Assembly: GCA_964016885.1 (NCBI GenBank)
Contig: OZ024742.1
Location: 184,264,001-184,328,000, forward strand
Direction of reading: 5' to 3'
From: Eledone cirrhosa
Lineage: Eukaryota
Length of the DNA stretch: 64,000 bases
Shown here: piece by piece, positions 12,873 through 26,685 of the stretch
How positions within the stretch are numbered: the first letter of the stretch is position 1
How the letters are laid out: each line of letters starts with the position of its first letter
Program-made: the position numbers and the translations under genes
Notes under the pieces: generated by a model
The model's input: only the letters and a program-made list of their open reading frames with translations
What the model was told of the DNA's origin: nothing
The model's database searches: none

Positions 12873-14325
12873 AGAACTGAACTGAACCCAGGAAAGACTT
12901 CAAGCTTGAGACGTTCGTTGGAGGTGGCATCTTTAAAACTGCTTCGACCTTGGATCCCTTCGCGATCCCTTCAGCCGACAAGGTGTGTCCAAGGTATTCC
13001 ACACTGGGTAGTGCAAACTGGCACTTGTCACGGCGACATCTGAGTCCTTTGTCACACAGACGTGTGAGCAGACACTTTAGGTTGTTCAGGTGATCGTTTG
13101 CATCTTTCCCACTGACGAGCATGTCGTCCTGGAAGACGGCCACACCAGGTAGATCTTGAGTCAGGTTTTCCATGATCTGAAAGTAACCAGGTGCTGACTT
13201 GATTCCGAAAGGGAGTCATTCCTGCAGGAGCACCCCACGGTGAGTGCTGAGTGCAAGCCTGCGTTGACTTTCTGGAGCCAGCTTGATTTGATTATAGGCA
13301 TCAGCAAGATCAATCTTTGTGTATCCGAATCCACCTCCGAGCTTCTGCATCAGTTCCTCTGGGAGTGGCATTGGATGACGATGATCTGCAAGTTGGTCAT
13401 TAATTCCCACAGAGTAGTCACCACAAATCCGTAGTTTGGGCTTCAGGTTGCCTGAAGTATGTGCTTTACGAATCGGTACCACTGGCGTTCCGTATTCGTT
13501 GAACTGTATTGGCTTCCAGATTCCTTTGGCGATGCCTTCTTCATAACCTTTGGCCAGGTCATCACGAAGAGCAAACGAGACCGGGCGTGCCTTCTGAAAG
13601 GCCGGTGTCGCATCCGACTTGAACTTCACTTCCAGTTCAAAGTCATTAAGACATCCCAATTCTTGCTCGAAGAGATCTGGGAATTCATCACACATGTTGT
13701 GACAATCTCGTTGCATGGAAATATAGGGCTCATTTGAGGTCTTTGGATGCATCACTTCTGCACCCTCACTCTTGGCCTGGCTGTCTATGCTTTTCAATCC
13801 TAGAGCATTGTCCATGGAAATTCCCAGAGTCTGGATAGCGTTTCGTCCTAGCAAATTAAGATCAGGGATCCTGGTGACGATGTAGGGTATTGAATTCCGT
13901 TTACCGGTCGTTGGATCCTTGGTTTGGCCCATGAAAGTTCCCAGAATGGGCAGGTCGTGCTTGCTGGCAGATTCAAACCGATGTTTGACATCTCGCAGCT
14001 TCGGTTTTCCTAATTGTTTCCAAACTGACAAGGAAACAAAATTGCCTGTAGTAGCTGTGTCCAATTCCATTGTGAAAAGTCTGTTCTGGATTGTTATAGG
14101 CACATTCAAACTATGAGTATCGTGGGGAACTTCACCAAGGATCGCCTTGACTAGCTCAGCTTTCGTGATTCTTTTCACGTAATTCTGTGAGCGATGATTA
14201 CGTTGCTGATGTTGTTTCTTTCTACACACCGCTTGCAAATGTCCCTTTTTGTTACAAAAATGACATTTGGCTTCTTTGAAGGGGCAGTCTGTCGCTTTGT
14301 GGGCCTTTCCACATCGGTAGCACAT
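12784..14325 (-). pseudogene. gag zinc knuckles, protease and reverse transcriptase
   Basis: CYRCGKAHKATDC, CHFCNKKGHLQAVC; MELDTA protease; LRICGDY, KIDLADAYNQI, VFQDDMLV; stop at 13216. Confidence 0.93.
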
Positions 14326-14459
14326 CTCCTGGTCTGTGGAATAAGATTGCTGATAGTTCTTTCGAGGACCCTTGTTCTTGTTCTGCTGGACCTTGTAGAC
14401 TTGCTTGGTTTTGGAACCGTAAACAGTTTCCTTGGCAACCTTTGCTGCGTCTTCGGTCC

Positions 14460-15151
14460 CGATGGCAACTTGGGACAGCCCGGGCGAAATCTAGTTCTGT
14501 ATCCTTGATCTTGAAAATAGCCTTCAACACAGCTTCATTATTGACAGAACATATAAATCTCTGTCTTAGAGCTTCATCTTGTGGATTTGTGATCGAAGGA
14601 AAATCACAGGTAGCTGCATCCTGACGTATACGTGCTGCCAGCTCCTGGAGAGTTTCGCCTGGCTTCCGTTGCATGTCACTCCAGAACTTGAAACGTTCTC
14701 TCACAATGAAGAGTTTTGGGTCGAACTGTTCTTTCATGAAGTCAACAATTTCGTCCATTGTCAACTTGTTGATATTCTTAGGCGGATTTTGTTGAGCAGC
14801 CAGATTTGCAAGTTGTTTGTAGATAGCAGCCGTCTGATTAGTCAGGAACACTTGTGCCATGCGTTGCTCGGGTACAGCGTTAGCAGCCACAAACGTGCAG
14901 AATCTTGACCAGTAATCAGGCCATAGTTCTGTTGTTGAATCAAAAGCAGCAAATGGTGGGATGAATGCTGTTGGTGTCGAAGCAACTGGCGACGCCAATA
15001 AACTCTGTTCAGAATCTCGAGCACCAAACAGTTTTATCAGAGTGTCCATATCTTTCTTGTGTTGTTGCATTTGTTGTTCCTGTTGTTGCATTTGTTGTTC
15101 CATCTGTTCTCTAAACAACTTTATTAGCTCCGCTGTTTGTTGTTCCGCCAT
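14460..15151 (-). pseudogene. gag N-terminal/capsid region
   Basis: MAEQQT...WPDYWSRF...ERFKFWSDMQRKPGET...LRQRFICSV; frameshift near 14470. Confidence 0.85.
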
Positions 15152-15173
15152 GTTTTTGTGATAAACAATTTCC

Positions 15174-15354
15174 CGGCAATGTAGGTAAATCCTATCGGCA
15201 AATGTAGGTAAATCCTATCGGCAAATGTAGGTAAATCCTATCGGCAAATGTAGGTAAATCCTATCGGCAAATGTAGGTAAATCCTATCGGCAAATGTAGG
15301 TAAATCCTATCGGCAATGTAGGTAAATCCTATCGGCAATGTAGGTAAATCCTAT
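15174..15354. repeat. 8 x 22/23-bp tandem repeat in the gypsy 5' leader
   Basis: (CGGCA[A]ATGTAGGTAAATCCTAT)x8, each with a TAGG/CCTA hairpin. Confidence 0.95.
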
Positions 15355-15373
15355 CGGCGACGCCAATAAACTC

Positions 15374-15646
15374 TGTTGTATTCCTCTCGGTACTCGCAGA
15401 GAAAACACGAGTTATATCAAATAATTTGTGTAATTTGCGAAACAACCAAAACGCCCCTCCTCGCAGTAGCAGAATAACATAAAGTAAGTCAGTGGCAGTC
15501 TGTGACCGAGTTTTTAACACCAACGCTGATTGACCGCCCAGGTCACGTGATCCATATGCAAATGTGCGAGCACGTGCAAATTGAATAGAAATCCAACAGT
15601 CCACACAACAATGAGGTTGTGAGCTCGATTCCCAGTCCATACAACA
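15374..15646 (-). repeat. 5' LTR (273 bp); putative PBS TGGCGTCGCC follows
   Basis: Direct repeat of 10598-10873; TGG-initiated motif 8 nt downstream on the minus strand. Confidence 0.95.
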
Positions 15647-15717
15647 TATACAACTGTGAATAAAATATTGTAGAGGTATTTAGAGTAACAGTGACAACAA
15701 ACCAAAATATCAGTTCA

Positions 15718-15925
15718 CTCTTAATATCCTGTACCACATAATACTGCATTAGTAAAATACAAAACATCACATTGTTGACTGCATCACATTAAACATTAGA
15801 GTCTTTACTTTAGTTTACTGCAGATTTTCACAATGATCTGTCAACCAATAAAGGTACTATAAATGTTTGAATTAACAAACCCTTTTTTATTTATTTTCTG
15901 CTAAACTATTATAGGATGTTAAGAG
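15718..15925 (+). mobile_element. TTAA-type (piggyBac-like) MITE
   Basis: TIR CTCTTAATATCCTGTA / TATAGGATGTTAAGAG with TTCA/TTAA flanks; homologous to 47793-48907. Confidence 0.8.
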
Positions 15926-18900
15926 TTAAAGTAACCATGTCTACTGCTAATGAAGACATTTGTCTCTGTGGCTAGGGTGTTGGCCCAAGAATTGTAAGGT
16001 CGTAGGTTCAATCCCCAGACTGGGTGTCTTAATGTGACCTTGAGCAAGGCACTTTATTTTGCACTGCTCCAGTCCACCCAGCTGAAAGAATGAGTATAAG
16101 AAGAATGTGATGCAATGTGGAAGAGAGAAGACTACACTGGTATGGACACGTGATGTATATGAATGATGATCATTGAGTGAAGAAGTGCCAGGAGATCCCC
16201 TGTGGAAAGAAACTGCATTAGAGGAAGATCAAGGAACAGTTGGGCAGAAGTAGTGAGAGTAGATCTGAAAATACTGAACTTCACAAAGGAAAACAATATG
16301 TGGAGGGAGGCTGTGCTGGAAAGAACCTGCCCATACAAGCATTAAAAAAACAGACCAAAAAGAATGATTGTGATGATGATGAAAATAATTTTTGAATGAT
16401 TTTGTCTGAGTGTGTGTTTCTAAATGTGAGGAATAGAAAAACACTGCATGTGCTGTAAAAAACAAAAGGAATAACTGATTTTAAATGACGAGGGAGATGT
16501 AGCAATGGCTATATACACAATATGGATAGCTGAGAGTTAGTGAGAAAATATCCAAGGAATGTAATTATTAGCTGCTAGAGAAAAACAAAATTAGTATAAT
16601 GGAGCCATGAAATGCAGGACTTCACTGCTAATGGTTAGGACTAAAGGTATTTAGGAAGAAATAAGCCAGAGAGAAATATGATTGACAGTAAAATTAGCTT
16701 GATGTACTTTTAAACCTTGAATGGGGGCAGTCTTCGGTTGACCTATTTAATAAGAAGCTTTTCATAATATAGATGAGACATTTGTTTTCCATTATTTAGT
16801 CATAAGATTCTCTCCATATATGAATTTAGGATGGGCTGTGTGACATCCTATGTACCTCCCTTCTCTAGCTGAAGGGAATCAAAAAACTGTGTAATGCATA
16901 ATGTGCTGCATGCATCACAGAAGTGGAAGAGGAGGAGAGGGTGGGGAAAGAAAAGAGTGTGACAGAGAAAGTACATGTGTTATTTATTTTTGAGAGGGAA
17001 GGTTAGAGGGTGATAAAGAGAATTAGAGAGCATGAGAGGTTAATAGATTACACTCCATATGCACATGCATACAAATACAGAACTATATACATCAGTCGAT
17101 ACCCTTCACATGTACACGCATACATAGAGACCTATATATATATTTATATATATGCCAATGGAGTACCCATAACACACACATGCATACATCCACACATACA
17201 CAGATACAAACATATATGCAGTTAGACCTTCAAGTCAATAGGATACCAATTATCCAACTGAGACAGAGAGATCATTTTGTCTATATAACTGCTTGTTCAT
17301 ATAAATGATTGTTCAGATAACTGATCCAATCAGAAAGGAAGCCATAGAGAACATTACTGACTCTAAAAAATCTAGACATAAATATGTCTACAAAATTTTC
17401 ATGAGTTTTCCAATGCACTTTTATGCAATTTTTTATGCCATTTCACCGTGATCCAGACATTATAAAGTCGTGTTTTTCTGTTAGATTACCAATGGTGTTT
17501 GCTTCACAGACATGGTAACAACAAACTTGATTACAAAGTCCTATAGTGGATAAATACAGCATTGATCTTACTATGTCAGTTAATTTTATGGGTTAAAATT
17601 GTTTTAGCATTGTTTAAAATCCACCAGCTGAGGTCAAACTAGTGGGTGATATGTGGTACTTTTCATATTTCCAAATAAAGGATGCAATTGTTGATTGTTA
17701 CAGCAGTGTCAGTAACATATCTTTGATGTAATATTTTCACATGTTCTTCTGTAATTGAAATTCACTTTTAACTATTATAAACAAAAGACGAAATGACAGC
17801 ACCAGCATTATTTTTGTTTTCAAGTTACAATATGATTCATTAAATATTCATTGGGATATTGTTCAGAGAATCTGAAATTCAGATAATTAATGTTTAGTTA
17901 ATTGAGGTTTGACTGAACATGATGGTTCTTTATCAGTTTCAACGATGAACATTCAGTTGTTTGTTCAACTGTGGTTGAGTATTCGTCGGAGATGTATACC
18001 CTTAATATAATTTCCAAGTTGAATTAGCATGACACGTTAAGTGACAAAGCTGGTCCTTTGAATTGCAAGTTGTTGTTTGGGCCAATTTGGGTCCAGAAAC
18101 CATGCCAACATGTGGAGCACATGTGAGTAGTGCTATAGAGGAAGTGGATGATCTCCAACATTAAATACACACATGATGGGCTGGCTAGTGGGTTAGTAGG
18201 TTAAATTCTCGTAATGTATTCAAACTATCTTGTGCTTTGTTATTGTATGTGATGATGGATTGGTGTTGTTCTCCATCAGTTACTCCCTCTTGGCATTCCT
18301 TATCCTATTTCATCTGTCTGATTGACAGCATTTCCCAGGTAGTGCATCTCACAGGTTGTGGATTTGTATTCTACAGACTCAGTCAGGGTCCAGGTATGGC
18401 ATTGGTTGGTATGTGAATGTAGGAATAAAGGATGTGTTGATAGGCTTAGCTTTAGTTTTCATTGAGATGTTTGGGTGTTTCAAGAGTAGGACACTCTGGT
18501 AGCTGATGTTATTGGTCTTCTGTTCTCTCGTCTCAATCTCTCTGTTGTGTCTTCCATCTTTAGTGAAGTCTAATGATGAGTCAAAGTTTTGTACATGAAT
18601 TGTTAAATTCAGCAGCAATTTTGTGAGTAAAAAAAGAGTAAAAATGTAATTTCACTCTTTTCATCTCTGACCTGGTGGCGAGTTGGCAGAGTCGTTAGAA
18701 CACCGGATAGAATGCTTTATGGTATTCATTCCTGCTCTCTGCTCTCTGTTCTCTGAATTTAAATCCCGCCGAGGTCGATTAAATAAACTTACCAGTTTAG
18801 TACTGGGGTGGATTATCCTCTATATCTCTTTCTCATTTTTCTCTCTCTCACTTTCTATCTTTCTGGAAGAAATCTACTGTACTAAGGCTTGGAGAGGGAT

Positions 18901-21427
18901 GGGCTCTGCCAGGCTTAGAATGCCCAAGAAACGCCATATGTCAATACGATGCCCCTACAATTCTATCAGGAGTTATGGGACCATACATACATATATCAAT
19001 GACCCTCCTTTGATTTTGATGATGAGTGTTCCAGTTGTTCAATTAATGGAGCAGCCTACTCATGAAATCAACGTGTAAGTGGGTGAGCGCTCCACAGACA
19101 CAGGTACCCTCAAAATAATTCTCAGCATGATACAGTGTGTGATAAGACTGGCCCTTTAAATTACAGGTACAGTCCATCCAACAAGCTTCGAAACAGCTTC
19201 CATCAACCCAGTTTCACTGCCCAAACATGGCTCGACTCAAGGCTATGGTAAAATGGCACTTACCCAAAATTCCATGCAGTGCAATTGAACTTGAGTTCTA
19301 ATGATTGTGAAGCAACTATTTAGCTATTTGACTATGCTGCATCCACAATCTTTTGATGTCAACATGCCCAAAACCACCTCTGGTTCCATGAAACAAAATC
19401 ACCCATTTTAAAGGATTCCTATCTTAATTAAAATTTTTCACGACAATTTCATATAAGAACCATTTTACATGTTACAATTACCATCTTAATGAAATAACAA
19501 TTTTAGTAAATTTTAGTAAATTAACAATTTTAGTAAATCCCTTCAAATTTCTCATTAATTAATTGAAATACAGTGTATTTAATTAGAAGTGTAGTAACAA
19601 AAGGATTAATAAAACAAAATGGTTGTTAAAATCAACAGCAATATTTCCAATAATGAAACAAACAAAAAAACAACACTGGGACTACAAAAAAATCAATGAT
19701 GCTCAGAAGCCAATATCTTATAATATAATTTATCAAGTGTTTGTTTTATCATATTTAGTAAAATTAAATCTTCAATTAAAGTAGACAGATTTCAACCTTT
19801 TTGATACTATATTTCTAATGAAAGACACTGCTTATGATCTTCAAATAATCAAGAATTTAGGAAGGTGGCAAATTCACAGAGTTGTTGAGGTATCAGTATT
19901 TGTTCCAGCTCACCCTGCACTCAGTTCAAGTCTAGCCAAAGTCAGCTTTGTCTTCCATACAGTTGAAATCAATAAATAAAGTACCAGTCAAGTACTGGGG
20001 TTGATTCTTCCTCTATATATCTTTCTCTGGAAATAATTGGCTACATTCTGACCTGGTGATGGATGGATTCTGCCAGGTTTAAGATACCCAAGACATGCCA
20101 TATTTCATGACAGTTCCCTTACAACTTCATCAGGAGTTAAGGGTCCTTTACCTACCTAGAATTTTGGAGAGTTTTAGTAACATAATTATTTTTCTCATTA
20201 TTAAGCTGGTATTTAAAGCATAACTTAGCAAAGGACTCAAAATTATGATGGAATTTATTTTTAGATAAATATAAACAAACAAATTAAAATAAATTACCTA
20301 GTATTGTAGAACCAGGTGTGATTCACCCAGTTTGCTATTAAAAGGGTTAGAGTTTAATGTTTACAGATATAGAGAAATATGTACCAAGACACCTTCATTT
20401 TCATAATTTTGTTATTAAAAATGGTGCATGCCTTGATATATTATTTTTACCTGTGTTCTTGTTTTCTTACTGTCTGTGCTGCTTCCAGAATATTCACTAA
20501 CTTTGTGTGTGTATTCAGTGATGATGAGGAGGGGGGTGATTATGATGATGCTTGCAAGAAATTACCTGTTTTATTAATATATAAATTATTGGTGTTCAGC
20601 CATAGCAACTTCTGGTCTACCAATAAAAACAATAACAAGTCATTCACTTTTTGATTATATTAAGATACTTATTGCCTACTAATTCCATTTTCAAAATGGC
20701 ATAACTTTTGTTTTCAGTCAAGATGACCTGTAGCTGTATTTATACTTGTTTTAAACACCCACTGAAAATTATGGATTTAGATAAACATATGGTGAGATAT
20801 AAATAGTCATACAGGAGAGGAATAAGTTAAATGCTTCCTAGCAAAAGTTTCATTACTAAAAATACCAGATTACTAACTAAATCTAGTGTAATCTGTTGGT
20901 CAACAGTTATAGTTAACAATGTGGACGCAGCATGGTCAAATTGTTAAGGAGTTTGCTTCACAACTATTAAGTCTCAGGTTCAATCCTGCTTCATGGCATC
21001 TTGAGTAAGTGTCATTTTCTTTTAGAAAGTCCCGACATGCTACATTTAATGAGAGGGGGTGACAAGCTAGATACATATAATGTAGAGGACAACTAGGAAT
21101 TCTTGCATGACAACCATTTGCAAACTACTGACAAGATTTGTTGCTGGAGTAAAGTATCAGCCAGACAAAGGGTGGCCTGTGAAATATTCAACCATTTGCC
21201 TGTTAATTTCACAAGCAAGCTGTTCCATTGATCGAACAACTGGAACACTCATCAAAACTGACGGAGGTCCATTGCAGTTATCAGTTGAAAAATACCAGTT
21301 CCTGTCCACCCAACTGGCTTTACAGGAATGTTCTCAATGTTGGCTTGTTGCCAAGCCTTTCACTTCTGCTTTGAAAGTTAATCTGAAAAAATAGTTATTG
21401 TAGTATATAGCAGTTACAGCTTGCTCT

Positions 21428-21435
21428 CTTTCTCC

Positions 21436-21513
<78 letters not shown>
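21428..21513. repeat. (CT)n microsatellite
   Basis: Directly visible. Confidence 0.95.
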
Positions 21514-21517
<4 letters not shown>

Positions 21518-22211
21518 ATATATGTGTGAGCATGTGTATAGAAAAAGAGAGAGAAATTATTGAACAATTTATAGGGTATCCTACCATTATTCATTTCCAC
21601 ATATTAATAACGTGTTGTTATTTTCCTTCAGTAAAATCTTATACATAACTTAGAAGTAAATTCATATTTGCTTTCACTTATACGATTTTATTGTCATCAT
21701 CATTATTATCACCGTTTTCCTAGTTAGCAAAGATTGGACTTATTTATTTTATATCCCAGTTGGTGAACAATAGTGGTGTTAGTTACACGTACTCAATAGG
21801 CCAATCAATAGTTCACTGTATTTCTGTGATTGGGAAGTTAACTTCTTCACTATGCAACCATGCCTGCTTACTTCCTTTATTATTCTCTGTTTTTGAAGCT
21901 GTAATCAGACTTTTCTTACTAAGCAACACCAATTACAAAGTCTCAATCACAACACGGCAATGTGTTGAGTTGCATCCCTTTTTATAAAAAAAGCAGCTTA
22001 GTGATTAGATAAATAGAAATCAATGAATTATGTACAATATTGAAATGTGTTTTTGATCAATATGATCAAAGTCGTAGTCTGATGGCGGAAACATGTAGCA
22101 CAAGGAGTAAATATCCAGAGTATTTGGTCTGATATATACTCTCACACACACATGCACATATATGTACACTTTCACACATCCATCCATCCATATATATATA
22201 TATATATATAT

Positions 22212-23967
22212 TAATTGACCAGGTCATGAAGGTCACAGAAAAAGTAATAGCGCAACTAATCAGAGAGCGAATTGATCTAGACAAAATGCAGTTTGGGTTT
22301 GTGTCAGGTAAAAGTACAACAGATGCTCTTTTCATTGTACGACAACTACAGGAGAAGTACCTAGCTAAAAGTAAACCCCTATACTTAGCTTTTGTTGACT
22401 TGGAGAAAGCCTTTGACAGAGTACCCCGCTCCATTATCTGGTGGGCCCTTAGAAAACTAGGTGTTGATGAATGGCTTGTGAGAGCTATACAAGCCATGTA
22501 TAAAGAAACAGTCAGCAAGGTTAGAATTAACAACGAATATAGTGAAGAGTTTAGCGTAAAAGTTGGTGTTCATTAGGGCTCCGTTCTTAGTCCCCTATTA
22601 TTTATTATTGCCCTTCAGGCTATAACAGAGGAGTTCAAGACTGGCTGCCCATGGGAACTCCTATATGCAGATGATTTAACGCTCATAGCTGAATCAATGG
22701 CTGAACTAGAGAAGAAATTCGAAACATGGAAGCATGGCCTAGAATCAAAAGGCCTTAAAATTAACTTGTCTAAGACTAAAGTTCTAGTTTGTAGGAAGAA
22801 AAATAGGGCACCGGTCCCATCTGGGAAATGACCATGCTCAGTGTGTAGGAAAGGAGTAGGCAGAAACTCCATTTTATGTCCCAAATGCAAAGTATGGGTG
22901 CATAAAAGATGTAGTGGGATCACAGGTAAGCTAACTAAGAATATAGATTTAATATGTGGCCGGTGCTCTGGCGCAATAAGTAGCACCAAGTGCCCACAGA
23001 ATACTAGCTCATTCCATTGCACAGATGGTTCTATAGAAATAGTGGACACCTTCCGTTATCTGGGTGACAAAATCAGCAGTGGTGGAGGGTGCTCTGAAAG
23101 TACAGTAGCTAGAGTCAGAATGGGATGGAAAAAGTTCAGAGAGCTTATACCACTATTGGCCGCTAAAGGGTTCTCTCTAAAAATGAAAGGCAGGCTGTAT
23201 GATGCCTGCATACGAACAGCAATGTTACATGGCAGTGAGACCTGGGCATTGTGTGCAGAGGATATACGACGCAGACTGGAGAGAAGCTTGCATGCTCCGC
23301 TGGATGTGTAATAGAAATATACGTGAACGGCAAAGCATAAATGAACTAAGGGAGAAATTAGGAATAAGATGGATCAGATGTTGTTTACTCGAGAGAAGAC
23401 TACGTTGGTACGGTCACGTGATGCGCATGAAAGACGACAGCTGTATAAAAAAGTGCAGGGCGATAAAAACCTGGGACGACTTGATAAATTCCGACCTCAC
23501 ACACTTACACCTCTCCAAGACAATGTCATTGGACCGAGATCTTTGGCGCTACAGTTATACAGAAGACCCGCCTTGCCTAAGTACAAAGCGGAACCTACAG
23601 TTAGTAGGCACCTCTAACAAAATACACCCCCGTCCCACTACCCCCGCCCCATCCACACCACCCCCTTAAATGTGAAGTTATGTTGGTACCACAACATCCA
23701 GTCCGAAACAAATGAGGTCGTGTAGGTGTCACAACAAAAAAACACACAGTCCACGCTGTAATGTGGCCGTGTAGGTAACATGGTAAAAACCTCCCAGTCC
23801 ACACTGTAAACGTGGTTGGTGTTAGGAAGGGCATCCAGCCGTAGAAAACACGCCAGACAGTCCTATACGAGCAGGACAACCAATCTTGCCTCAAGTGGGA
23901 AAACTCCCGTCCAAACCCATGCAAGCGTGGAAGATGGACGTTAAACGATGATGATGATGATGATGAT
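22212..23967 (+). mobile_element. 5'-truncated RTE LINE, subfamily B
   Basis: QFGFVSGKSTTDA, DLEKAFDRV, LYADDL, LHGSETW, RRLRWYGHV; (GAT)n tail; 5' end abuts (TA)n. Confidence 0.93.
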
Positions 23968-24711
23968 ATATATATATACATATACATCTCTGTGAGGAAG
24001 GGCATCCAGCAGTAGAAATCAAGCCAAAATCAGTTCTGTGTGAGCAAGACATGATCATCTGACCTGGCTTGTCTTACAACAGGACAACTCGTCTAACTTA
24101 TGCTAGCATGATAAACAGAGATGATATGAGGTTCAGCATTTAGAGATCAGTTCTCACAACTTCTGCTCAGGTTTCTGTCAGTCTTCCTCTTCCATGGCTT
24201 CCTTCCACTTGAAACTCTTGACACTTCTTCATTCAACGATCATCATCCATACACATCACATATCCATACCAGTGCAATCTTCTTTCTTGCACACTATATT
24301 TGATTTTTCTTATGTCCAGTTTTTCCTTCAACTCATCTGTGCTTCATTGTTCCCACACATTAGCATTGCACATCCAGTAGGGCATGCTTGTCTTGTCTCT
24401 TTCTAACCTTTGGACATCCTCTGCATTCAATAACCATGTTTCACTATCATGCAACAGTATACTTAATATACAGGCGTCATATAATCTAACCTTTTATCTT
24501 GGTTCTCGATGCACTGGGCTCTGTTCTTGGGAAAGAGACACTCAGTGTTAGGCTTACAAAGGAGAATTATGTTAAGGATGAATATGTCTGGAATATTCAA
24601 CCACATACGCATTAATTTCGCAGGCGGGCTATTCTGTCTGATGGACTGGAAATATAGTCATTGTAACTGACAGAAATCCAACAACATATATATGTATATG
24701 TATTTACACCC

Positions 24712-25240
<529 letters not shown>

Positions 25241-25549
25241 TAGTGGAACCTCAGTTCACAAACTTAATTTGTTCCTGAAGGTAGTTTGTCACCCGAAATG
25301 TTCGTAAACCGAAACTATTTTCCCTATACAAAATGTTGTGAGATTGCGTGTGAAAGACAGATAGATATCACCATAGTTACTAACAACACAGGAAGGGATG
25401 CTTTCCTGCCAATACCCCAAGGTTGTTGCCAATTATTGCTGTGTTCGTTACTTGAAACACCATTCATGAACTGAGGCATTTTATGTTAAAAAAATTTGTT
25501 AGCGAACCGATTTGTTCACGAGAGGTGTACGGGAACCAAGGTTGTACTG
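25241..25549. mobile_element. Tc1/pogo(Tigger)-like MITE
   Basis: Imperfect TIR (C/T)AGTGGAACCTCAGTTC ... GAACCAAGGTTGTACTG followed by TA. Confidence 0.6.
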
Positions 25550-26035
25550 TATATTTACACACACAGACAGACACACACACACACAAATGTATATAAATAA
25601 TTTTTTTTTTTTTAATCATAAGAATATACATAACTCTTTCTAAACAATCCAGATAAGATAGTGGAGAACACAAATATCTGAATATGAAATGCTGTACATT
25701 ACAGGATTGCATTCTTATATATTGGTATGAGTGTTTGTATATGTACATATTCATAATTTCTACAATGTTTGTTTATTGTTCTTTTCTTTCATTTATACCT
25801 ACGTCTATTTTCCATGCTTGCATGAGACAAGCTATCAAGTTATGAGACCAGAGAGGTCAGGTTACCATGTCTTGCTCATAGAATCTAATTTTTGTTTTTT
25901 GTTTTTTTAAAGTTTGGATGTCCTTCCTAAAGCCAATCACATTACAGCAAGTACTGGGTTCTTTTTTCATGGCACCAGTATGATCACTTTTACAGGTTAT
26001 ATATATAGTTTTAACATAGAAGAGCTTCTACAGGA

Positions 26036-26342
26036 CTTTGTTTCCTTGAGCAAGACACTTTATTTCACATTGCTCCAGTTTACTCAGCTGTAGAAATGAG
26101 ATGATAGGGAGTGGGGTCCCTATCTTTCCACTGCAAAGTGGTCGTGGAGGTGCCACGGCAAAAAAGCACCCAGCCCACACTGTAAAGTGGACGTGTAGGC
26201 GCCATGGAAAAAAAGCACCCAGCACTCACTGTAAAACGAGGTTGGTGTTAGGAAGGAGATCCAGCTGTAGAAATCAAGCCAGAATCAGTTCCCGTCCCAC
26301 CCTTGCAAGCAGCGAAAAAGCGGACGTAAAATGATGATGATA
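26036..26342 (+). mobile_element. SINE family 2, headless copy
   Basis: High identity to 24980-25240; carries two copies of the 3'UTR sub-repeat. Confidence 0.85.
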
Positions 26343-26685
26343 TGTAAACTATAATAAAGTAAGGAGTGCAGGACTGCATTCGGTTTATAATTTTTTATCC
26401 CATTAGTAAAATAAGTTGGATTATTTTGAATAAATAATGAATGAACATTACATAATTTATCTACTAAATTTCGTAGCTGTTGATTAAATATATTTTATTA
26501 TTTATTTAAAGATTCACTTCTTTAAAATTTTCAAATGTCAACACTTCCATTAGCGATCACTTAAATAAACATTCATATATTTCCATCACTAATTTTCTCC
26601 TAATGCAGTTTATATATAATATTGTCATTTTTTAATGTATCATGGATTACGTTACTGATTACCCTTCAGGTGGTTTTTCTGCTAG
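26343..26685 (+). mobile_element. non-autonomous Helitron (deleted derivative)
   Basis: A|TG(TC)TAAACTATAATAAA ... TTTTTCTGCTAG|T; homologous to 53535-54014. Confidence 0.7.

Larger units (their letters stand above)
10598..15646 (-). mobile_element. Ty3/gypsy LTR retrotransposon (Mag/K02A2.6-like), near complete
   Basis: Near-identical LTRs TGTTGTA...TACAACA; TSD TATAC on both sides; PPT GGTGGGGAGG beside the 3' LTR; domain order gag-PR-RT-RH-IN. Confidence 0.97.

Noticed and set aside
20085-20140. Possible minus-strand hammerhead (CTGATGA...GAAA...TC)
   Set aside because: Five extra nucleotides before GAAA, no stem I, and homologous copies near 18930 and 27880 do not conserve the core
21295-21385. 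Minus-strand exon-like segment (ttttttcag ... gtattt)
   Set aside because: Stops in all three frames; could only be non-coding and cannot be verified here
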